Origin: Candidatus Iainarchaeum sp.
GTDB lineage: Archaea > Iainarchaeota > Iainarchaeia > Iainarchaeales > 0-14-0-20-34-12
Length of the DNA: 32,000 nucleotides
Assembly (NCBI GenBank): GCA_030649345.1
Contig: JAUSKK010000029.1
Coordinates: 5,718 to 37,717 of the forward strand
Direction: 5' to 3'
A program made the position numbers and the translations under genes. Of this stretch, positions 17,880 to 24,574 are shown in pieces. Position 1 is the first letter of the stretch, and each line of letters opens with the position of its first letter. The notes beneath the pieces were generated by a model, which saw nothing but the letters and a program-made list of their open reading frames with translations, made no database searches and was not told the DNA's origin.

Positions 17880-18474
17880 TAAGGCAATTTTGAATAAGTG
17901 TTTTATAATCTAATTTTTTTTCTTCCGATTCAATTACAGATAAAATTGCTTGCGTATTGGGATGCTTGCTTCCTAAAATATCACAGCTTTCCGGGCCAAT
18001 CGAAATTTCGTAGGTGCCGATTTTTTTTGCAATCTGAATAATTTCTTCTTTATCTAAAGCCAAAACAGGACGAAGCAAAGGAATATGAATCGCGGATTGG
18101 ATTACGGACAAATTGGCTAAAGTTTGACTGCTGACTTGCCCTAAACTTTCGCCAGTCACTAAAAAAGAACAATTTTCTTTTTCAGCTAAATATTCTGAAG
18201 TTTTCAACATAAAGCGTTTCATTAAAACAAAGTATAAACCATGCGCACATTGTTTGGCTAATTCTTCAAAAGCTGGACTGGCATTCAAAACAATTAATTT
18301 TGAAAAAGTTAATTTTTCGCAGACATCTTTGCATTTGTCTTCAGGGTTTCTTCCAATAAATTTGCTGGCAAAATGAACTGCAATAATTTCAAAATTTTGC
18401 TGTTGAGCTAAAAAACCTGCAACTGGGCTGTCAATGCCTCCAGATAAAAGCAACAAAACGCGTATTTTAGGCAT
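17860..18474 (-). CDS. thiI: stand-alone ThiI-like PP-loop ATP pyrophosphatase domain (tRNA 4-thiouridine synthase family), no THUMP domain
   Basis: SGGIDSPVA PP-loop, GESLGQVSSQTLANL and RPVLALDKEEI motifs of ThiI. Only 204 aa. The 3' end overlaps the convergent reductase gene by 20 nt. Confidence 0.7.
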   Translation of the reverse strand: MPKIRVLLLLSGGIDSPVAGFLAQQQNFEIIAVHFASKFIGRNPEDKCKDVCEKLTFSKLIVLNASPAFEELAKQCAHGLYFVLMKRFMLKTSEYLAEKENCSFLVTGESLGQVSSQTLANLSVIQSAIHIPLLRPVLALDKEEIIQIAKKIGTYEISIGPESCDILGSKHPNTQAILSVIESEEKKLDYKTLIQNCLTTSRKI

Positions 18475-18565
18475 ATATTAAAGTTATTCGACAAAAAGTA
18501 TAAAAAAACAGTTAGAAAAACGAAAGATTAAGAGAAAATAAGTTGGAAAAGGCAAGCGAAACTCA

Positions 18566-18573
18566 TTTATATT
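18566..18573 (+). promoter_or_regulatory. TATA box (TTTATATT)
   Basis: About 24 nt upstream of ATG 18597. A second TATA-like CTTATATAG lies at 18582-18590. Confidence 0.3.
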
Positions 18574-18596
18574 GCCACTAACTTATATAGGACACT

Positions 18597-21077
18597 ATGA
18601 CGCATAACCAAAAATTCTTAATTAGTTTAGCTATTTTAGTAGTTTTGTTTTCTTTGACTGCTTTGGCTCAAGATCAACCACCTGTAGAAGGAGGAGATAC
18701 ACCACCAACAGATCAAGGACCACCGCCAACAGATCAACCACCAATTGAGGATCATCCACTGGAAGGCGGAGAACAACCACCTGCAGATCAACAAAGACCA
18801 CCTGAAGGACAGAATCCTGAAGGAGACCCTAATTACAGACCACCAGAAGGACAAGGGCCTTATCCAGGACAAGATGGACAACAACCTCCATTTGATCAAG
18901 GAAGACAACCTGAAGGACAAAATTTTCAAAGACCAACTACAGGCCCAGGTAACTGTCAAGGACAAGAACAATGCCAATTATATTGTGGAGTACACCCAGA
19001 GGAATGCCAACAATGGGCTGGCCAACAAGGAGTTCAAAGACAAGGCCCAATGAATGGAGGCCAAGGCTATGGATCTGAAAGAAGATCCGGCGGAATTGGT
19101 GGACCTCAATGTGGAACACCCGAAGAATGTAGAGGTTTAGCTCAAGAATTTGGTGTTGCAAATAGTATTGGAGTACGAACAGGACCTAGCGGATGCACCA
19201 GTGAAGAAGAATGTAAAAAAATATTTGATGAAAACCCACAAGAAGTTAGGCAATGGGCTCAACAAAATGGAATGATTGAACACAAGGGACAATTTATTGA
19301 AGCACGCGCCGGACCCGGCGGATGTTCAAGTCCAGAAGAATGTATGACTTATTGTAGAGAAAATCCAGAATCCTGTGATCAATTTGCTGGAAGAAGAGGA
19401 CAAGGATTTGAACAAGCATTTAATAAAATTGAACAAAGAGATCAACGAAAAGAAATGCAACAAGAGCGCAGAAAAGAAATGCGATTTGAAGGAATTCCAC
19501 GCGAAATAATTGAAGCTGGAGCAGAAACAGAATTTGTTCAAATGATGGCAGCCATGGCTAAATTCAGAACCCAGCGATTGCTAACTGAATTGGATAAAAT
19601 GGAAGAACGCATTTCATTGGCTGGAACAGAATTAGGAATCCAAATCGATGGAAGCAAATTTTCAGAAATGAAAACAAAAATTGAAACTGCATTAAATGAT
19701 TTAGGAAATGTAACCAATGCAGAAGAAGCCAATGCAAAAATGAAAGCTTTCTTTGAAATCATGGAAGGACCCAATGGAGTTCAAGGAGTATTTGAAAACT
19801 TTGGACAACAAATGCAAGAAAAAGTACAAGTATTGTTTGATGAAAAATTCAAACGAATGCAAACATTGCAAGAACAAATGAAAAACAAAGAACAAGAATG
19901 TAGAACTGCTGGAGACCAAATGAGACAACAACAAGAACAAAATATGCAGCAGCAAAGACAACAACAAGATGAACAGTTTAGAACTCAGGATGAAGAAAGA
20001 AGAAGACAATACGAAGAACAAATGAGAAATCAACAAGGACAATACCCTCAAGGCGGAGATCCAAATTATAGACCACCAGAAGGACAAGGACCTTACCCAG
20101 GCGATGGTGGACAGTACCCTCAAGGAGGAAGTTATCCTGAAGGAAGCATGCCACCAGAAGGCGGAGATTATCAGCCACCTCCAGAACAACCACCAGCCAG
20201 CAATGCAACTGCTCAACCAATTGTAATACAATTGCAAGAATTTCCAGGACCTCAAGGACCTGGCCCCAATGATTTCGGCGGAGGCTTTCCAGACGGACCC
20301 ATGAACGGCGGTCCTTATGACAGCGGACAAGGATTTGGCGGACCTCAAGGACCCGGCGGATTTGGAGATGGAGAAATGCCAGCAGCTTGTCAAGAAATGC
20401 AAACACTTGGAACTGAAATGCAAGCTATTGGAGAAGAAATGAAAGCTTTAGGAGAAAAAGTACAAGGCGTATTTGGAAAACCTGAAGACCATGAGCAAGA
20501 CTTTGAAGAAGAGCCTTTGCCTCCTGAATTAATTGAACAGCAAGCGCAATTGTTCATCAAAGTATTTGATTTCAAATTCAATGGAATCAAACAAAAACGA
20601 GATGAAATTGCAGGCCAAGGATTCGATGTAAAAGAATTCGATGAATTAATTGCATGGATTATTTCCAGAAAAGAAGAAGGACTCAGAATTATTCGTTCTG
20701 GAGATGAAGAAAAAATGGATGAATTCTTCAATAGCATGGGAGATTCTCAATTTGACTGGGAAGATAGAATCCGAGATTCTATTGCACGACAACAATTGGA
20801 AAAACAAATTTCCAAAGTTGAAGAATTTTTACCCAAAGCCCAAGAAGCCATTAATGCAGGAAAAGAACGAGGTTTAGATACCAGTGACTTGGAAGAAATT
20901 TACGGGGAATTGAAAGGATTGGTTGAAAATGCACGTGCACAATTAAGCCAAGGAAAAGAAATTTCTCTGCAAGATTTCAGACTACAATTACGAGAAGTGT
21001 ATCTGAATTTCCGAGAAGAATGGGTTAGCTTACGAGAAGAAGCTGCAAGAACAGGATTAATTGTACTGGCAAGGTGA
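18597..21077 (+). CDS. secreted Pro/Gln/Gly-rich protein with four G-C-x-(S/T)-x-E-E-C modules and long coiled coils
   Basis: Signal peptide ends in ALA. Low-complexity PPxDQ/PEGQ tracts. Modules GNCQGQEQCQLYC..., GPQCGTPEEC..., GPSGCTSEEEC..., GPGGCSSPEECMTYC... Heptad-rich Q/E/R/M central and C-terminal parts. Confidence 0.75.
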   Translation: MTHNQKFLISLAILVVLFSLTALAQDQPPVEGGDTPPTDQGPPPTDQPPIEDHPLEGGEQPPADQQRPPEGQNPEGDPNYRPPEGQGPYPGQDGQQPPFDQGRQPEGQNFQRPTTGPGNCQGQEQCQLYCGVHPEECQQWAGQQGVQRQGPMNGGQGYGSERRSGGIGGPQCGTPEECRGLAQEFGVANSIGVRTGPSGCTSEEECKKIFDENPQEVRQWAQQNGMIEHKGQFIEARAGPGGCSSPEECMTYCRENPESCDQFAGRRGQGFEQAFNKIEQRDQRKEMQQERRKEMRFEGIPREIIEAGAETEFVQMMAAMAKFRTQRLLTELDKMEERISLAGTELGIQIDGSKFSEMKTKIETALNDLGNVTNAEEANAKMKAFFEIMEGPNGVQGVFENFGQQMQEKVQVLFDEKFKRMQTLQEQMKNKEQECRTAGDQMRQQQEQNMQQQRQQQDEQFRTQDEERRRQYEEQMRNQQGQYPQGGDPNYRPPEGQGPYPGDGGQYPQGGSYPEGSMPPEGGDYQPPPEQPPASNATAQPIVIQLQEFPGPQGPGPNDFGGGFPDGPMNGGPYDSGQGFGGPQGPGGFGDGEMPAACQEMQTLGTEMQAIGEEMKALGEKVQGVFGKPEDHEQDFEEEPLPPELIEQQAQLFIKVFDFKFNGIKQKRDEIAGQGFDVKEFDELIAWIISRKEEGLRIIRSGDEEKMDEFFNSMGDSQFDWEDRIRDSIARQQLEKQISKVEEFLPKAQEAINAGKERGLDTSDLEEIYGELKGLVENARAQLSQGKEISLQDFRLQLREVYLNFREEWVSLREEAARTGLIVLAR

Positions 21078-21081
21078 AAGA

Positions 21082-21300
21082 ATGAATAAAATGATGACAG
21101 GAATGGTAATTGGTTTAGTTTTAATTTTAGTTTTAGCTGGGTGCACTGCACCTGCAGAAGAAAGAAAAGGAATTGATAAATTTAATGAACCGTTACCAGA
21201 CTTAGATGATGACGATGGAGCTACAGACGTCAACATTGACTTAGATTTAGGATCTATCGCCAACCCAATCCCAGGCAGTCTTTCAACAGGACAAGAATAA
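21082..21300 (+). CDS. small acidic lipoprotein, coupled to the upstream gene
   Basis: MNKMMTGMVIGLVLILVLAGC has the lipobox LAGC. An AGGTGA Shine-Dalgarno overlaps the stop codon of the upstream gene. Confidence 0.55.
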   Translation: MNKMMTGMVIGLVLILVLAGCTAPAEERKGIDKFNEPLPDLDDDDGATDVNIDLDLGSIANPIPGSLSTGQE

Positions 21301-21309
21301 AAAAATAAT

Positions 21310-22404
21310 TTATTTTTGTAAAAAAACAGTTTGAGTTGGAAAAGCAAATTGAATTCCTGCTTTTTCAAACTCTTCTTTTATTTTCATATTCACTTCATGC
21401 TTTACTTGTTTCCAATTTTGAACATCCACAATCGGAATAACCACTTGCAAGTTTAAAGAAAATTCTTTAAAATCCAAAAAATTAGCTTGCGCATCTGGAG
21501 CATTGCATTTTGGATGCTTTCCAATTACAGTTAAAACAATGCTGCGTGCTTTTTCTAAATTAACATTGCTGGTAGAATAAGTTAAACCCAATTCCAAAAA
21601 TTCTTTTCGGATTTTTGTTCTGGATAAATTAATAATTTGAGCACTGGCAATTTCGCTATTGGAAACAGTAACTAGAAAATTATTTCGATTCCGAATTCGG
21701 GTATACCGCAAGCCAATTTCTTCTACTTTGCCTGAGACAGATTTGTCTCCAAGTTCAATATTGTCTCCGACAAAAAAAGGCTTGGATGTAAAAATACTTA
21801 AGCCGCCAAACATATCGGCAATGGTTTTTTGTGCAGCAAAAGCAAAAGCCAAGCCGCCAATTCCTAAACCAGCAATCAATGCAGTTACATCGTATCCAAA
21901 TGACGAAACAATCATTAGCAAGGCAATCAGAATTACAAAAACTTTCGATAACCTTTGGATTAATGGAACCAATTGATCATCCAATTCGCTTTTAGTTTTT
22001 GCAGTCAAAGGTTTAACAAAATGAGTTACAATCGAGTCAATGATTTGTAAAACAACTCGGACAGCAAACAAAATTCCTGCAATAGAAAGAATTTTGTAAA
22101 AAGTATTTGAAACAAATAAATCTTGAATTTCTAAAAACTGAAATCCAACATACAAGCTTAACAAGATACAAAAATAAAAAACAGACTTGCCTGCAATTTC
22201 AATAATGGCATCATCAAATTGGTTTTCGGTTTTGGCTGCTAATTTTGCACCGTAATGTTTCAGCCAAAAAGTTAAAACTTTGCCAACCACAGCACCGGCT
22301 AAAATAACTGCAAAAAAAACCAAAAAATGATAAACTGAAATTCCAAAAGAAGATTGATTTAACAGATTTTCGAAATTAACTTGCAAAACATTAAAACCAG
22401 CCAT
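21310..22404 (-). CDS. mscS: small-conductance mechanosensitive channel (MscS family)
   Basis: N-terminal TM helices followed by DMFGGLSIFTSKPFFVGDNIELGD..GKVEEIGLRYTRIRN..N..V.VSNSEI, the MscS beta-domain signature. ATG at 22404; an alternative TTG lies at 22419. Confidence 0.85.
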   Translation of the reverse strand: MAGFNVLQVNFENLLNQSSFGISVYHFLVFFAVILAGAVVGKVLTFWLKHYGAKLAAKTENQFDDAIIEIAGKSVFYFCILLSLYVGFQFLEIQDLFVSNTFYKILSIAGILFAVRVVLQIIDSIVTHFVKPLTAKTKSELDDQLVPLIQRLSKVFVILIALLMIVSSFGYDVTALIAGLGIGGLAFAFAAQKTIADMFGGLSIFTSKPFFVGDNIELGDKSVSGKVEEIGLRYTRIRNRNNFLVTVSNSEIASAQIINLSRTKIRKEFLELGLTYSTSNVNLEKARSIVLTVIGKHPKCNAPDAQANFLDFKEFSLNLQVVIPIVDVQNWKQVKHEVNMKIKEEFEKAGIQFAFPTQTVFLQK

Positions 22405-22426
22405 AAATAGTCTCTTCAACCTAAAA

Positions 22427-22512
22427 CTATTTAAAATCGCTTGATTTGCGATTTTAAAAACTTCAAAATTGAATGCAATTTTGAATCTATTTAAAATCCA
22501 GTGGATTTTAAA
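22427..22512. promoter_or_regulatory. array of three AT-rich perfect palindromes in the mscS / rpoH divergent intergenic region
   Basis: TTTAAAATCGC (22430-40) pairs with GCGATTTTAAA (22448-58). CAAAATTG (22464-71) pairs with CAATTTTG (22476-83). TTTAAAATCCA (22490-22500) pairs with TGGATTTTAAA (22502-12). The 12-nt direct repeat CTATTTAAAATC occurs at 22427 and 22487. Confidence 0.45.
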
Positions 22513-22725
22513 AATTTTAAAACTAAAAGTTTACAGTTTGTTTAAAAATGCCAAAAAACATATTTATTGGAGGTATTTGTCCGAAAACAGTGGTGCTGAA
22601 ACTGAGTATTCGCACAGTCTAAGTAAACCTAAGTTTAAGTCAAGCACACGGGTTGTTTTAAATTTCTTTCTATTATTAGTATATTAGTTCGAATTGGTAA
22701 GCTTGTTTTTTCCGAGGAATTTTAA

Positions 22726-22959
22726 GTGGCTATAAAAATCGATACTCATAATCTTGTTCCAAAGCATGTTATAATGCCTAAGGAAACACTTTCTGAGCTT
22801 TTATCTAAACTGCAAGTGGATAGCACTGAGCAATTACCGATTATTTTACGAAACGATCCATCCATTAAACGATTAAAGCCAGAAAAAGGCGATATTATTA
22901 AAATCAGCCGAAAAAGCCTGACTGCTGGAAGTTATACTTATTATAGGGTTGTGCGATGA
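22726..22959 (+). CDS. rpoH: DNA-directed RNA polymerase subunit H (Rpo5)
   Basis: HNLVPKHVIMPKETLSELL...LP.I...DP......GDIIKI.R.S...G.Y.YYR.V. GTG start with GAGG Shine-Dalgarno. ATGA overlap with rpoB''. Confidence 0.9.
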   Translation: MAIKIDTHNLVPKHVIMPKETLSELLSKLQVDSTEQLPIILRNDPSIKRLKPEKGDIIKISRKSLTAGSYTYYRVVR

Positions 22960-24422
22960 CTGATAAATGGCCTTTATTGGATTCCTATTTCAGGACCAAA
23001 AGCTTTGTAGACCAAGAAATTGCTAGTTTTGACCAATTTGTAGAAGAAAAAATGCCTGAAATTTTGGAAGAAAACAAAGAAATTGCCCCAAAAATTGAAG
23101 AAGTTCGAATTGAATTAAGCGACATTGAAGTATTAAAACCTAGAATTATTGAAGTCGATGGTTCGCCTAGAAATGATTTTTATCCAGTAGAAGCAAGATT
23201 GCGAAACAGAACCTATTCTGGTCCTTTGTATATTACTATGAAATTGTACAGAAGAGATGTAGAACAAGATGTACGCCGAACGTATATCGGGGAATTACCC
23301 ATTATGACCAAATCTAAGTTATGCTGGTTAAATGGAAAAACCGAAGATGAATTAATTGGCTTAGGCGAAGACCCAATGGACTTTGGCGGATATTTCATTA
23401 TTAATGGAGCAGAAAAAGCATTAATGACTCAAGAAGTTTTATCCAGTGACCGAGTTCTAATTTCCAAAACAGGCAAAGATGATGTACGTGCTGAAGTGAT
23501 TAGTACTCGCGGTGCCTTCAAAGGAAAAGTTAGTGTCAACAGAAAAAACAATGGTTCTTTGAGTGTAAGCTTTCCAGCCAGTCCAAAAAAATTACGTTTA
23601 TTTGTTTTAATGAAAGCTTTGGGTTTGGATACTAAAGAAAAAATAATGAATGCTTTTACTCCAGGAAAAGAAATTGAAAACGATATTTTAGTAAATTTAG
23701 AAAGCTTGGATGTAGAAAGTGTAGAAGATGCTTTAGATCGAATTGGAAAATATGTTGCACCCGGACAAGTTATTGATTATAGATTAAGAAGAGCGCAAGA
23801 AATTTTAGATGGATTCTTATTACCCCACATTGGTCAAACCAAAGAAGACAGACTAGCTAAAGCGTATTATTTGGGAATGATGGCCAGCAAAGCAGTTGAA
23901 CGATACCATGGCTTACGTGAAGAAGATGACAAAGATCATTATGCCAACAAACGTTTAGAATTAAGTGGAAAATTAATGGAACACTTATTTAGGTATGCTT
24001 TCAAATATTTAATTAAAGACTTAAAATTCCAAATTGACAGAACTATTACCCGAAGAAGAAAATTAAACATTAGCACTATTGTTCGACCGGATGCCATTAC
24101 TGAAAGAATTCGGTTTGCTATGAGTACAGGAAACTGGATTGGACGAGCTTCCGGAGTTAGTAAATTTATGGATCGAGTCAATTACTTGAGTCCTTTAACC
24201 GATATGCGAAAAATTAAAAGTTCATTAAACAAAAACAGAGAATTATACGAAGCCAGAGATGTTCATGGAACTCACTGGGGACGAGTTGGAGCAATTGAAA
24301 CACCCGACGGCCCAAATTGTGGTTTAGTAAAAAATTTAGCCATTTTAGCTCGAGTAACTACAGATTCCAAAATTTTACCAGTTGAAGAATTATTAAAATC
24401 TAGAGGAGTAAAACTAGAATAA
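22956..24422 (+). CDS. rpoB2: DNA-directed RNA polymerase subunit B'' (Rpo2N)
   Basis: N-terminal half of RNAP subunit B: FGGYFIINGAEKAL, HYANKRLELSG, THWGRVGAIETPDGPNCGLVKNLA. Confidence 0.95.
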   Translation: MTDKWPLLDSYFRTKSFVDQEIASFDQFVEEKMPEILEENKEIAPKIEEVRIELSDIEVLKPRIIEVDGSPRNDFYPVEARLRNRTYSGPLYITMKLYRRDVEQDVRRTYIGELPIMTKSKLCWLNGKTEDELIGLGEDPMDFGGYFIINGAEKALMTQEVLSSDRVLISKTGKDDVRAEVISTRGAFKGKVSVNRKNNGSLSVSFPASPKKLRLFVLMKALGLDTKEKIMNAFTPGKEIENDILVNLESLDVESVEDALDRIGKYVAPGQVIDYRLRRAQEILDGFLLPHIGQTKEDRLAKAYYLGMMASKAVERYHGLREEDDKDHYANKRLELSGKLMEHLFRYAFKYLIKDLKFQIDRTITRRRKLNISTIVRPDAITERIRFAMSTGNWIGRASGVSKFMDRVNYLSPLTDMRKIKSSLNKNRELYEARDVHGTHWGRVGAIETPDGPNCGLVKNLAILARVTTDSKILPVEELLKSRGVKLE

Positions 24423-24513
24423 GGAGAGGGTCAGGATTACCCTAAAACTGGGGAGAACCTTGGTTCTCCGCGGTTTGGAATTATTAAAATCTAGAGGAGT
24501 CAAATTAGAGTAA
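24387..24513 (+). repeat. 36-nt direct repeat of the rpoB'' 3' end bracketing a 55-nt GC-rich double-hairpin insert (copy C)
   Basis: 24387-24422 versus 24478-24513 is 33/36 identical. Insert 24423-24477 carries hairpins AGGGT-7nt-ACCCT (24427-43) and GGAGAACC-TT-GGTTCTCC (24452-69). Confidence 0.7.
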
Positions 24514-24514
24514 A

Positions 24515-24552
24515 AAAATTATATTGATTAAAGAAAATTATATTTAAAGAAA
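24515..24552 (+). promoter_or_regulatory. tandem 19-nt TATA-like repeat upstream of rpoB'
   Basis: AAAATTATATT(GA)TTAAAGAAA at 24515-36 and AAAATTATATTTAAAGAAA at 24534-52. The second TTATAT lies about 30 nt upstream of ATG 24575. Confidence 0.3.
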
Positions 24553-24574
24553 AATATTTGTGTTGTGAAAATGT

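Noticed and set aside
19701-20423. 240-aa antisense ORF, and other antisense ORFs, within the Pro/Gln-rich protein gene
   Set aside because: It is the mirror image of a low-complexity, stop-poor coding region. The sense ORF has a signal peptide, conserved Cys modules and a promoter.
22427-22512. CRISPR-like array
   Set aside because: The palindromes differ in sequence. There are only two copies of the 12-nt direct repeat. There is no regular repeat-spacer periodicity, and no cas genes are in the window.
22469-22687. 72-aa ORF in the mscS/rpoH intergenic region
   Set aside because: It has a TTG start inside the palindrome array, no ribosome-binding site and a low-complexity product. The region is better explained as regulatory or leader sequence.
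24387-24513. Programmed translational bypass or stop-codon readthrough linking the two copies of the rpoB'' end
   Set aside because: Copy 2 is offset by 91 nt, so it is out of frame. It would only re-encode the same 11 residues, and nothing is gained by hopping. An insertion-type explanation is simpler.
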